64,000 bases of DNA, taken from NCBI RefSeq assembly GCF_001194135.2, contig NC_068986.1, positions 25,414,925-25,478,924 on the forward strand. The letters run 5' to 3'. Position numbers and translations under genes: made by a program. The DNA is from Octopus bimaculoides. Lineage: Eukaryota. This document shows, piece by piece, positions 49,658-63,154 of the stretch (positions are counted from its first letter, which is position 1; each line of letters opens with the position of its first letter). The notes below the pieces were generated by a model, which saw only the letters and a list, made by a program, of their open reading frames with translations, had not been told where the DNA came from and searched no databases.

Positions 49658-50716
49658 CAGAGGAAAGTCCAATAGAAAAGGAAAACAAAGGGAAAAAAAA
49701 TTGCCAACAATTCACATAGATGCTGGTATCACTGTGGTAAGAAGCTTGGTTCCCAACCACATGGTTCTAAGTTCAGTCCTACTTGGCTCCTTCAGCAAGC
49801 ATCTTCTATAACCTTGTGAGTGGATTTGATAGAGGGAAACTGATAGAAGCCCATCGTGTGTGTGTGTTAGTGTGTATCTTTGTTCTCCACCACTGCTTGA
49901 TGACTGCTGCTGGTGCGTCTACAGTTCCTTAACTTAGTAGTTCTGCAAAAGAGACCAATATGTTCTGGGATCAATTCGTTTGACAGAAATTCCTCAAGGC
50001 GATGCCCCAGCATGGCCACAGTCTAAATGACTAAAACAAGTAAAAGATAAAAGAGTTATGTATATTTTTGCAAAACTGGAAATAGCTGGCAAATTATTTT
50101 AATTTGATTAAATTTTTTTCATTTTATTTTTCAAATTTTATTGTTATTCTGTTTCATTTATTTATTAAAAATTTTTTTTTTTTTTATCTGTTAATGTGGC
50201 AACAGGAATGCTTTGCTTCAGACAATTATGTAATTCCAGTGAAATACATATCTTGTCTTTACTGTCTTTGCTATCTTTCAGTTCTACCCAGCTGTTAACA
50301 ATCATATATAATATACACATACATACATACATACATATATACATACGTACCCTCTCACACACACGCACACATGCATGTGATCCTCTCTTCTGCTCACTTC
50401 ATTTTGTCCCCTTCTACCTTCTGCTCATCTCTACCTCTTCCCCCTCTGTCCCTCTGTTTGCCTGTCTGCTTGTCTCTCTGTTTCTCCCTCTCTCCTCTCT
50501 TTCTCTCTCTCTCTCTCTCCCTCTCTCCTTCTCTCTCTGCAGGATGGTGGCTAGGAGTGTCCCCCTCTCCATCTTTCCTTTTTTGTTCACTTGTGTTTGT
50601 GAGTGTATGTATGTGTATATATATGTATGTGTTTATATATTTGTATAGGGGTGTGTGTATACATGTGTATGTATGAAGTGTATATGTATATATGTATTTA
50701 TGTATGTGTTTGTGTA

Positions 50717-50757
<41 letters not shown>

Positions 50758-51277
50758 GCATGTGTGTGGATATATATGTATGTNNNNNNNNNNNNNNNNN
50801 NNNNNNNNNNNNNNNNNNNNNNNNNNNNNNNNNNNNNNNNNNNNNNNNNNNNNNNNNNNNNNNNNNNNNNNNNNNNNNNNNNNNNNNNNNNNNNNNNNNN
50901 NNNNNNNNNNNNNNNNNNNNNNNNNNNNNNNNNNNNNNNNNNNNNNNNNNNNNNNNNNNNNNNNNNNNNNNNNNNNNNNNNNNNNNNNNNNNNNNNNNNN
51001 NNNNNNNNNNNNNNNNNNNNNNNNNNNNNNNNNNNNNNNNNNNNNNNNNNNNNNNNNNNNNNNNNNNNNNNNNNNNNNNNNNNNNNNNNNNNNNNNNNNN
51101 NNNNNNNNNNNNNNNNNNNNNNNNNNNNNNNNNNNNNNNNNNNTGGTGGGAGAGGGGGCAGTGTTGGTGTATTCGTGTATTTTTTCCAGAAATTCTCCAT
51201 CCAGAAGTTTATTTATGACAAGGAAAACAGACCACATACTTTGTAAAAATAGAGTAAATCACACAGATAGCTGGGGA

Positions 51278-51321
<44 letters not shown>

Positions 51322-52649
51322 GAAGAAGAAGAAGAAGAAGAATGATGAATTGTTTTTTATGTTTTTTTAAATGTTTTAAAGTAAAAATCTCATGATTCCT
51401 ATTAATATCTTTAAATAGATTCATCAAACATCATCATCATCATCATCACTTTTGTAGTCATTGTGACCAGCATTGCCACCACTCTGTGCCGTCTCGGAGA
51501 AGTTTGCATGTGTGTGTGTGTGTGTGTGTTGGTGGTGTGGACCTATCACACACTGCTACCAATAATGACCTTATCTCCAATACCATCACTGCTGCCACCC
51601 TAACCCTAACCACCATCAGCAGAAACAAATACACACATGCACCATGAATATTGGCTATTGATCTGCTACAAAATAGCAGTCAAATCCACCTCAAATCACA
51701 TTGTACTCTCTTAGGAAATGAAAGGACATGCTGGATGATGCAGTTTTACATATCCTTTAAAAAGACAGGTTGGTCATGGCTGGACTGCTCAGTCAGAGTT
51801 GACCTGATGCTAAACAATAAAACAAGATTACTACCAACACCACTACCACCACCACCACCACCACTTCAATCATCCCTACTGTCAACATCTTCGTTATTAT
51901 GTTGCTGGCAGAATCATTAGAGTGTCAGAACAAACATCTTGCAGCATTTCTTCTGGATCCTCATATTCTGAGTTCAATTCCCATTGAGACCAACTTTGCA
52001 TTTCATCCTTTGTGGGTCGATAAAATAAGAACCAGTCTGACACAAAAGCCAATGGTTTCAAAGTCAGCCATACCGTTTTTGCCATTCTTTCAGGGTTGAT
52101 AAAATAAAGCACCAGTTATGTGCAAAGGTCAATGGTATCGAGGTCAGCTTTATCTTTCAATTTTTTTGAGGTTGATGAAATAAAGTACCAGTCAAGTACT
52201 GAGGTTTATGGTACCAGCTTAACCCCTCCCCTCAAAATTGCTAGTCTTGTGTCTAAATCAAAAACCATTATTTTGTTATTAATTTAATATCTATGAAGTA
52301 CCGCCTGACTTTGCCAGTACCGCCTGACTGGCCTTCGTGCCGGTAGCACATAAAAAGCACCCACTACACTCTCAGAGTGGTTGGCATTAGGAAGGGCATC
52401 CAGCTGTAGAAACTCTGCCAGATCAGATTGGAGCCTGGTGCAGCCATCTGGTTCACCAGTCCTCAGTCAAATCGTTCAACCCATGCCAGCATGGAAAGCA
52501 GATGTTAAATGATGATGATGATGATGATGATGAAGTGGTTGATGTTAAGAATGGCATCCAGCTGTAGACCAGTGGTGTATGGTGGTTGTTGTCATTGGGT
52601 GTGCCGCCATACACAATTCCACCAAATGTCAAGCAGGAGTATAACAAAA

Positions 52650-52898
52650 TCGTGAAGTATATTTGCCACTTAAATGTGGCTAACCCTACTGTAGCTTGTA
52701 GCCCCAGGAAGACATCACCTCCAGCTGCCTATTGACACACTTTCTGTGTCCTAGCCAGCTGGAGGAGATGTCTTCCTGGGGCCATTAACTACAGTAGCAT
52801 CCACCCTATAAGGGTTAGCCACATTTAAGTGGCAAATATACTTCTCGGTATCATGCAGCTACTGTTTATACCTCATTCAGAGATCTATTACTGCTAAC
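52650..52898. mobile_element. Lopsided foldback insert 3: nested inverted repeats, 51-bp one-sided tail, 9-bp TSD
   Basis: The outer arms at 52651-52687 / 52811-52847 match 36/37 and the inner arms at 52702-52727 / 52756-52781 match 25/26. A central gacaca/tgtgtc hairpin sits between them. The direct repeat ataacaaaa is at 52641-52649 and 52899-52907. Confidence 0.8.
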
Positions 52899-52960
52899 AT
52901 AACAAAAGTTTTCCATTAAGATTTGTGATGAAATTAATGAATAAGATTAATATTTATAAT

Positions 52961-53387
52961 AGGCGCAGGAGTGGCTGTGTGGTAAGTCGCTTACTTACGA
53001 ACCACATGATTCCAGGTTCATTCCCACTGCATGGCACCTTGGGCAAGTGTCCTCTACTATAGCCTCGGGCCGACCAAAGCCTTGTGAGTGGATTTGGTAG
53101 ATGGAAACTGAAAGAAGCCCGTTGTATATATTTGTATATATATATGTATATGTATGTGTGTGTATATGTTTGTGTGTCTGTGGTTGTCCCCACAACATCG
53201 CTTGACAACCGATGGTGGTGTGTTTGCGTTCCCGTAACTTAGTGGTTTGACAAAAGAGACCGATAGAATAAGTATTATGCTTCCAAAGAATAAGTCCTGG
53301 GGTCAATTTGCTTGACTAAAGACGGTGCTCCAGCACGGCCACAGTTAAATGACTGAAACAAGTAAAAGAATAAAAGAGTAAAAGAAT
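52961..53387 (+). mobile_element. Full-length SINE family B copy
   Basis: Runs from the head aggcgcaggagtggctgtgtggtaag to the (TAAAAGA)n tail and interrupts hAT MITE copy 1. Confidence 0.88.
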
Positions 53388-53628
53388 GAATTTGCCATTT
53401 TCAATGGGTATGCAGTGCACACCCACAATATACGCTCCTGTTATGGCCACCATGTTAAAAATGGAATAAATAAGTGAAACATGGTCTCTGACCTAGAAGA
53501 ATAATCACCCTAAATGAGAATTTACTCAAGACCATTTCAACCCAACACCATTAATTTTCCATCCTGGTGATTATGTCTATTGATTAATGCATTCCTAGAA
53601 TTGGCAATTATGTATTATCACTTGATAT

Positions 53629-53824
53629 CAGTGGTATGTAATGGTCATTGTCATTGGATGTCCTGTCCCACACAATGCGACCAAATTTCAAGCAGTGGTT
53701 TAAAAAGATGTTTTGTGTTAAGATTTGTGATGAAATTAATAAGCAGGATTAATCTTTATAATGAATTAGCCATTTTGGATAGGTGTGCAGTGTACACCTA
53801 GCACACCCAGTATATATGCCCTTG
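53629..53824 (+). mobile_element. Old hAT-like MITE copy 2
   Basis: Degenerate TIRs (8/12) and the 8-bp TSD ctt(g/a)atat at 53621-53628 and 53825-53832. Confidence 0.6.
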
Positions 53825-54424
53825 CTTAATATCTACTATAATAATGCTCTTGTGTTTTGCTCCGTCACAACATATGAATGAGAAAGGAAGGAGTGATAGA
53901 TGAATGAAGAAGGAAGGGGTGATGGTAAACTGGTAGTGGGAGCGTTTCAACTCTGTGTGAGTATATGTGTGTGTATGTAAAAAGGGTGTATGTGAATGTT
54001 TGTGTGTGTGTGTGTGTGTGTGCAATGGAGGTGGGATGGTGAGCATCCAACACTGAAAAAAAAAATCAAACAGTGTTTCAACTCTGTGTGAGTATATGTG
54101 TGTATGTGTGTGCGTGTACAAGGGAAGTATGTGAGTGTTTGTATGTGTGAACCAGCGTTCTTTCAGTAACAAAAGATGATCAATGTCACATCTCCAAAGA
54201 CAACCACTAGATAACATTGACAAGTGTATTAATTTGATTTACCATCCATATTTATATATAAAGTACAATAATTAGCCGTCATTTTTGATAGCATGGGGCC
54301 AGCTACTTACCTTCTAATCACTTAGTACTGTAACACATTCAAATGAAGCAAGCTGGCAGAATTATTACAGTGCCAGACAAAATGCTCAGGGGTATTTCTT
54401 CCAGCTTCATTCTTCTGAGTTTAA

Positions 54425-54644
54425 CTCTTTTGATACCAACCCAGCTGAAACCGGCTCTGGCTCTGAGTACAAATGTCTTGTTTACATAAGTTTTGAATTA
54501 AAATCTTCCACCAAACTTTAGTCACAATTTATGTTCCTAACACTAGCTTAATGGTGACTAAGTTATTTTACTAAATTCTTTGTTATATTTAAAGTAATTG
54601 AAAGAAACACAGAGCATCTCAAAATAAATACAGTAACAAAAGGG
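54425..54644. mobile_element. piggyBac-like MITE inserted in a SINE C B-box
   Basis: TTAA (54421-54424)|CTCTTTTGATAC ... GTAACAAAAGGG|TTAA (54645-54648). Removing it restores the SINE C sequence ttctgagtttaaatgcc. Confidence 0.85.
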
Positions 54645-56246
54645 TTAAATGCCACTGAGGCTGACTTTTGTCTGTCATCCTTTTAGTATAACAGATGCTG
54701 TTATACACTGTTATACACTGTTATTCACATTGTCGTAACTTTTGAATGATGTCACCCTATTGGCTAAGTGGACAGGTCAACATTCCCTCTGAACAAAAAA
54801 ACCAGTCCATCACAAGGTTACCCGGTTGCAGCCGAGTGGACTGGAGTAATGTGAAATGAAATATTTTGCTCAAGAACTCAATGTACCACCTCTTTGGGAA
54901 TTGAAGCCATGATCTTGCAACTGTGGGTGTAACACCCTAACTGCTGCATCATGCGTCCTCACACACACACACACACACACACACATCTGTCATCAGCTTA
55001 ATCTTTCTGGGCTAAGTTTTGGCTTCGTAAGCCCCCTGCCTTGTAATAACATAATTCATATCTCTCATTTGCATCTCTCACATATGCATGTGCAACAGGC
55101 ACACAGTATTGCATACATTAAAAGAGCTTGCTTTGCAACCATGTGGTTTCAGGTTCAATCCCACTGCACGATACCTTAGGCAAGTATCTTCAATGGCTTG
55201 TAAGTGAATTTAGTGGATGGAAACTCTGTGGAAGCCCATCATGTGATATGTGTGTTTGTGCCTGTGTTTTGTCACCTTCTTGCCTCTTCTTGACAGCTGG
55301 TGTTGGTTTGTTTTTGTCCCTATAACTTAGTGATTCAACAAAGTAACTGATATAATTAGTTCATCATCATCATCATCGTCGTCGTCTAACATCCGCTTTC
55401 CATGCTAGCATGGGTTGGATGATTTGACTGAGGACTGGTGGACCAGGAGGCGACACCAGGCTCCAATCTGATTTGGCAGTTTCTACAGCTGGATGTCCTT
55501 CCTAATGTTGTTCTAAACTTAAAACAAAAAACAAAAAAAAAACATAAATACTGGGGTCAACTTGTGTGACTTAAAACCCTCGAAGACGGTGCCCTAGCAT
55601 GGCCACAGTCCAATGATTAAGACAGGTAAAAGACAATTATAATTTAGATTGCTTCAGATTCTTGAAACATTTTTGGCTAAAAAAGAAAAAAACAAAGAAC
55701 AAAGAAACAAATAGATTATAAAACAATGAAACAAACAAGAAAAACATTTAATGATGGATTTTCGAAATGAAATTTTTTTGTTTTTATTTTCAATCTTTGG
55801 AATCACATGGAACAAATGGATGTCTGCACTGTTAAATATTTCAACCAAATAAACACAGCAAATTATGAACTCTTGCCAAAATACATAAGTACTTTCTGCA
55901 AAACCATTTCTTATATTTTATTTTGAATCACACTGCATACTTGCTTAATGTGTATNNNNNNNNNNNNNNNNNNNNNNNNNNNNNNNNNNNNNNNNNNNNN
56001 NNNNNNNNNNNNNNNNNNNNNNNNNNNNNNNNNNNNNNNNNNNNNNNNNNNNNNNNNNNNNNNNNNNNNNNNNNNNNNNNNNNNNNNNNNNNNNNNNNNN
56101 NNNNNNNNNNNNNNNNNNNNNNNNNCAGTGGCAGCAGTTTCAAATTTTGCCATTTTGGGGGAGGGGGTGTGTCGATTACATCGATCCAGAGGGATGAGTT
56201 GATTATCGACCCCGAAAGGATGAAAGGCAAAGTCAACCCCAGCGGA

Positions 56247-56295
<49 letters not shown>

Positions 56296-57183
56296 TGATG
56301 ATCTGCTCATTAATTTGCCACTGAAGACCATTCATGCTTACAAAATGCATTACAAGTGAATTTACAGGACGTGTGATATATATACAAGACATGTAACTAT
56401 ATAAAGCAAAGGGTGACGTACCAAGGATGTGTGTGTGTATGTGTGTATATATCTATATATATTTAGATATATATATCATTGCTATTATGCAAAAGTATCA
56501 TAAGTCCAAAACATTGCTTTTTCAGAAAAGAAACAAATAGTTTCACCATTCCATTTCTTTTTATATTAGCAGCAGTTTCAGTTTAACAAATATACATTGT
56601 TGAGTGCATAAAATTGTAACTCCATGCATATGATATTTTCAGTCAGAAATATTTTTGCAAAACTATTGTATGTGGGACTTACTACACTTTTGAAAAATGC
56701 TAGACCGTTTTACTACACTTTGGCAATTTTCATCTCAAACAGCTGGATATACAATAGTTTGGCCAAGACAACCAACTCCTGCAAGCAAAATTAAATATTG
56801 AAAAAAAAATCGCATTTGGTCAAATTTGGACATATGGCAATTTAACATAACAGCAACGACATCATCATCATCATCGTTTAACGTCCGCTTTCCATGCTAG
56901 TATGGGTTGGACGATTTGACTGAGGACTGGTGAAACCGGATGGCAACACCAGGCTCCAGTCTGATTTGGCAGAGTTTCTACAGTTGGATGCCCTTCCTAA
57001 TGCCAACCACTCCGAGAGTGTAGTGGGTGATTTACGTGTCACCTGCACGANNNNNNNNNNNNNNNNNNNNNNNNNNNNNNNNNNNNNNNNNNNNNNNNNN
57101 NNNNNNNNNNNNNNNNNNNNNNNNNNNNNNNNNNNNNNNNNNNNNNNNNNNNNNNNNNNNNNNNNNNNNNNNNNNNNNNNNNN

Positions 57184-57218
<35 letters not shown>

Positions 57219-57340
57219 TATATATATATATGCATATATATATATATGCATATATATGTATATATGCATATATTTGTGCATATATATATGTGTATATATA
57301 TATTTGTGTGTGTGTGTGTATATATATATGTGTGTGTGTA

Positions 57341-57378
<38 letters not shown>

Positions 57379-57599
57379 TATATACATAATCAAATAAGGT
57401 ATTGATGTGTCTCAGGCAACATATTTGTGGTGTAGTACAGAGAGACAATAGAGTAATGCCATAGTAGGATGGTGAGAGGGGAGGAGCTATGCTACGAGAA
57501 GTAAAACTGAGTTAGGAAGAATGAACAGATGTGATAAGATACAGTATCACACTTGGGTTTTTCTTGGACTATTTCTCTCCGGACCTTCCCTCTTTCCTC

Positions 57600-57630
57600 T
57601 TTCTGACAAAGAACCATGCTCGAAATGTCA
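57600..57630 (+). ncRNA. Decayed hammerhead-like motif, apparently the same repeat family as 49625-49657
   Basis: CTGACAA-A-GAAC-cat-GCTC-GAAA-TGTC differs from CTGACGA-A-GAGC-nnn-GCTC-GAAA-CGTC by three transitions, two of them at CpG. The flanks also resemble those of the 49.5-kb repeat. Confidence 0.4.
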
Positions 57631-57800
57631 CACACACACACACACCCCCATCTTTTTTCCCATCTTAAACTGAGCATCAACCAAATACATTCACTGTGTA
57701 CATCCTATTGACTTTCCTTGTTTGTTTTTTTTTATTTTCATTTTGGATTTGCCATATATATATATAAATGTATGTCCACAAATATATATATAATACACTG

Positions 57801-57835
<35 letters not shown>

Positions 57836-57839
57836 CACA

Positions 57840-57980
57840 CATTACTCCATATCCAGGAAAAGATAATTTATACACACACACATACACATACATTATTCCA
57901 TATCCAGGAAGAGATAGTTTATACACAAACACACGCACACGCACACATACATACATTACTCCATGTCCAAGAAGAGATAG

Positions 57981-57990
<10 letters not shown>
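57840..57990. repeat. Three copies of a ~33-bp unit separated by (CA)n tracts
   Basis: cattactccatatccaggaagagatagtttataca-like units at 57840, 57891 and 57954. Confidence 0.9.
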
Positions 57991-58030
<40 letters not shown>

Positions 58031-58289
58031 TACATAGACATACAACAGGCTTCTTTTTCAGTTTCGGAATCTGCTCACAAGGCTTTTTTTACTGGTGCAA
58101 GGCTGTGACAAGCAACACATAATTGAAGGTGTTGCACAGTGGAACTGAACCCCAAAACACATGATTCAGAGTCAAATATGTGGACCATGCAGTCATGCCT
58201 GCATCTTATACAGTACCTTTATTGGGTTATGGCTGCTCCCACTATACCGTTCCTTCCTAATGCTGCTATGGTGTAGATATTGCAAGCAA

Positions 58290-58581
58290 TTTCCTTTCTC
58301 ATTCTCTCTTTCTGTTTCTCTTTTTCTTCCCCTCTCTATCTCTATCTCTCTCTCTCTCACTCCCTCTATTTCTTTCATATTTCCTCTCTTTCTCTTTTTG
58401 CCTTTGTCTCTCTCTCTCTCATTCTTTCTCTGTCTGCCTGTCTCTCTCACTGTGTCTCTGTTTTCCCTCTCACTCTCTCTTCATCTCTCTCATCCTCTCC
58501 TTAACTTTGTGTCTGTCTGTCTTTACCCCCCTCTCTCTCTTTCCCTCTCATTCTCTCTCTGGCTCTGTTTTTCTCTCTCAT

Positions 58582-58618
<37 letters not shown>

Positions 58619-58680
58619 TTCTCTCTCTCTCTCTCACACACACATTCTCTCTCCCCACACTCTCCTTCTCTTCTCTCTGC
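58290..58680. repeat. Degenerate (TC)n polypyrimidine tract
   Basis: Read directly. Confidence 0.9.
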
Positions 58681-59883
58681 CATTATGAAGATATATAATA
58701 CAAAGTTGGCTACATTCTTCCTGTTTATTCTAACGCCCTTTGTTTTCTTCCCTAACTGGAATAAACCTCTTTTTTTTTCTCCTAACCTAGGTATTTCATT
58801 CACTCATTCATTCACAGACTTATGGAGCCTTTACATGGTTGCTTTCTTCACCTGTTAAAAATAGCTGCCAAACTTCTCTTAAATCACAACCTTAATGTCT
58901 TACAAAAAAGCTCAAAAGACACATATGACAATGTAGTCTTGGTTATTTATATAAATTAAAATAGATAAATAAATAAAATAAGGTATGATGGTCATGGTTG
59001 AAATGCCTTTGATCATAATTCTGTTTCATTAGGATTGACGTTGAAGGGCCAAGCAATAAGTAACACACACTTCTATTCACACACACACATACACATATAG
59101 TCTACTTATACAAATATGGGTTCCTGCCTATTCTCACTGAGATGACTGTGATGACACTGAAATAGGGGTGAAAGTGTTGGTTGTTCAGTGGGGTATGCCT
59201 TAAACTACCAATAGAAATGCTTAAAGCTGTCTTTATTGATTTTTGACTAACCCTTTCGTGGCCCTAATTCTAAACAAAACACTTTATGTGTTGCAATTAA
59301 TTTTGAAAGTAATTAGTAATCAGGATAGAATTTAGTAAAATAACTTTGTTGGCATTTGGATCATTGTCATTTAACATCACTTTTCGATGCCTGCATGGGT
59401 CAGTCAGTATTGGTTGAGGCATATTTTCTACAGCTGGATGCCCACCCTGTCACCAGCCCTCACCTGTAATATTACCCAATGACCACAACACACTGGAAAT
59501 GAAAAGCATCACTTGTGTGATGATGCTCGTTTACAAATGTCACATGATGTTAAAACAAGGGTACACACAAACACATACACACATATGGTGGGCTTCTTCC
59601 AGTTACCACCTAACCCAAATCCACTCGCAAAGCTTTGGTCAGCCTAGGGCTATAGTAGAAGACACTTACCCAAGGTGTCACACAAAGAGGTTGACTCAAG
59701 ACTACATGGTTTGGAAGCAAGGTTCTCAACCACCCAGGCATGCCTGTACCTTACTAAATTAAAAAGATTCTGACTTGAAATTGCAATGGAAGGTGTAAAC
59801 TTAACCACAACCATTTTATATGGAGAGGAACAGAAGGACCTTCAGGTGTGTTTATAGCAAAGGGACTGAAATTGTCTTTAATA

Positions 59884-60099
59884 CAAAGGGGTGCTGAAAA
59901 GTTCCTGGCTTTGGGTAAAAGAAAATACATTATGATTTTATTCAACATATTCCCCTCACAGATTCACACACTTATTACAGCAGTCCTTCAGTTTCACTAA
60001 ACCCTGTAAAAGAATTCGGAAGGTTGGGGGGGTGGGGGGTGCCTTCAACCAGGCCTTTTACAATACCTTTAAAGCCAGGAACTTTTCAGCACCCCCTTG
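59884..60099. mobile_element. Mariner-type MITE
   Basis: 29-bp TIRs CAA(A/G)GGGGTGCTGAAAAGTTCCTGGCTTT at 59884-59912 and 60071-60099 match 28/29. TA lies on the left (59882-59883) and TG on the right. Confidence 0.85.
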
Positions 60100-60390
60100 T
60101 GTGTGTGTGTATGTGTGTGTATTGATTGATAGGTATTCTTCTTCTTGGAGTCTATAAATAGACATCACCCCTGTAACTAGCAAGAAATATATACAATCCA
60201 GATGTAGCCACCCACTAAAATACGGTGTCTGTACATGCTGGGAGTTGAAATTCCCCCTAATTCATTTTATTGATTTTACTTCTGGGGTCTTCCTTCTGTT
60301 ATTTGACTAATGGGCATTATGTTTGCTTAGGCATATATATATATACACACACACACATATATATATCTATATATATATATATATATATAT

Positions 60391-60433
<43 letters not shown>

Positions 60434-60448
60434 TGCATGATATATGCA

Positions 60449-60516
<68 letters not shown>

Positions 60517-63092
60517 TGTTGTGTGTGTGTGTATAGATGTATATTTGTATATATTGTGTGCCCATATGTGTGTGTATGTGTAAGTATATATGTGTGTGTG
60601 TATGTGTGTTATGTATATATATATATATATATATATGCTCACACATGCATACCCACATATACATGCACACATACCATTCATGCATGTTGATGTGCGTATG
60701 TAATTTGTATGGGACACCATATAATCCTTTATAATTGAAATGCAGCTAATATATACTTTTGTTCTTTCTATATAATGATGAGTGAGTGCAGGGAAAGAGA
60801 GGAGTTGGCCTCTGTCCTCCTCTCCGCTCCACCCTGTCCCCTCAAAAAAAGAAACAAAAGAGAAAACACAAGGGGGAAAAAAAGAAGAAGAATTGTATAA
60901 ATTGTATAAATTGTATAAAAAAACATAGTTCATAAGCAGGTGAACGGAAGAAGATAGGAACCCGATTTCACCCCTCCCTTTCTCTTTGTCTATTTGTTTC
61001 TCTCTCTTTCTCACTCTCTCCCCCCTCCCTCCCTCTCTCTCTTTCCTTCTCACACACACACAAAGGCAAACACTATTAATACAAGCATATACACACAAAA
61101 TGTATGTATACACATGTTCATAACCTTTACTCTTTCTTTCAATAGTGAGGCATCATATGCTTGTGTGTGTTTATAGCCTTTCGTTTTTGTCTGATCTGAA
61201 ATTAGTTTTTGCCTTGTGATATTTTCATGAAAAGTTCTGCTCACCAGCCTCTATCACGGGCCTGGTTGTGTATCAAGGTTCTTCTTCTCTGCTGTTTGCT
61301 GACATTTCGCTACTCAACATTGATATATATATATATAAAAGGTCCATCATTAAACCTTCCATCCTGATCAAATATGCACACACACATACACACACACACA
61401 CTAAATATCAAAAAACAAATATGTAAACAACTAATAAATACACAAACATATAAATAAAGAAAAGAATGGGGGGGAAAGCAATAATTTTGAATTCATTTTT
61501 ACTGCTTTGAGTATTTAGATGCAATTATTACAAATGAAAATCCTTTGTGTTTTGTGAATTAATTATAATTATTGATGTTCAAGAATTAAAACTTACTTTA
61601 GATAGATTTGGATTGTGTAATATAAATTTTAAAGATAAAATGCCATTTTTTTCTTAATATTTGTTTTAAATTTATATAAATTCAGATCTGCATCAGTTTT
61701 GAAAAAAAAAATCCTTATGCAGGAATAAAAAAGTATGTTAAGTCTTATCTATTAATGACACGTAAAAGCATCCATGTCGCTTTAAAAGAAAAAGAGCAAA
61801 GAAAGAAAGAAAGAAAGAAGGAAGGAAGGAGTTAAAATATATCTGTTTTTCTCCAACTGCTACATCATCATTTTCATCCCTTTAGAATAAATATCTTACT
61901 TAGCCTTGGCTACTGGCTAAGATTTTTAACAGGACGAGGAAGTTGCGGTCAATGTGAATTACCTGCTTAACACATTTCATAGTTGTTGCATTGTTGCGCT
62001 ATCACCGCATATACAACGTAGAACATTCTCAACTGGATGATTTATTGATTTCTCTGCTAAGCCTACCTGTCTTTTTCTATTTACTGTAGCCACCACCCTG
62101 TGTGCCTTAATAAGAGCTTGCTTGGGCTGGCTGTCTAGTAGCCTACTATAGTTAAAACGGAATTCGACGCTATGCATAATAGCTTGTTGCGTTCAAAAGA
62201 GATTATGGTAAATGCCCGTGAAAATTTCCAATTTACCAATCTCAAAATTTCTACCAGTATCATTTGTGCTTCTTAATTCTCATTATCTTTCCATCTGCTG
62301 TTTTTACTGCACCAAATTTCAGCACATGTTAAAGTTTACAAGATCTCTCTCTCCCTCTCTATCTCTCTCCCTCTCTCCCGCTCTCCCTCTCCTCGCACAT
62401 TTATTTATTAGTCGCAATGATAGAAGTATTATACATTTATTGGAGATAAATGTTTCAATATTTTATAAGCATCTTCCATAATTCTGTTTAATTGCCTTCG
62501 CTTGCCTCATCAGTTCAGCTCCTTGTATATTGGTTCATTCTCGACTGTGCTCTGCACTTGAGTATTGATTTCCTTTCCTGCTTGAGAGCACCAGGCCACA
62601 AATTTATAAAGGGGTGGAGAATGATATTGCTCAAAGGCATTAGCGGCATTAAGTGAAGTGAAGTGAACGGGCTTCAAATGGGAATCGGATCTGGGAAATT
62701 TACTCCATGCATTACAGTTCTCACTGCTGTGTCTTTAAATATTGATTTCTTCCTAAGGCACGAGACCAAATTTTGTAGGGATTACATATAGATTTTCAAT
62801 TTCATTCATTTGATTTTATATTGCGATTGGTGAGTTAAGGTGCCATTGGTTATCAGTTTCTAACAGACTGTATCATACGGGTTTACTGAATTTCACGCAG
62901 TGAGAATGACACAAAAAAACTCTCAGTCCAAAGGACTTTGTTTAATTAGCACTGTATTTTCACCTATGTTTACTTCATACATACGTAACTCATTAATAGA
63001 TACACACACATATACATACACACTCACACATACACAGATGGATGTATATGTTTATGTGCCTATAGTAGAAAGAATTATTATGATTATTATTG

Positions 63093-63154
<62 letters not shown>

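Larger units (their letters stand above)
52570..53440 (+). mobile_element. Old hAT-like MITE copy 1, split by foldback insert 3 and a SINE B
   Basis: It starts CAGTGGTGTAT and ends ATATACGCTCCTG. With the inserts removed it aligns with 53629-53824 (shared ttaagatttgtgatgaaattaat...tttataatgaatt.gccatttt). Confidence 0.55.
5502..57182. other. Fourteen assembly gaps (N runs)
   Basis: Approximately 5502-5591, 13921-14210, 18227-18371, 20096-20489, 24015-24721, 28527-28608, 33203-33414, 35160-35169, 38295-39027, 41119-41128, 48890-49150, 50784-51143, 55956-56125 and 57051-57182. Confidence 0.95.

Noticed and set aside
54311-54327. Very strong minus-strand donor AAG/GTAAGT with nearby acceptor
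   Set aside because: The enclosed 17 nt has stops in all three frames, so it is not supportable as coding.
62490-62515. CTGATGAGGC on the minus strand
   Set aside because: No GAAA core strand follows a paired stem.
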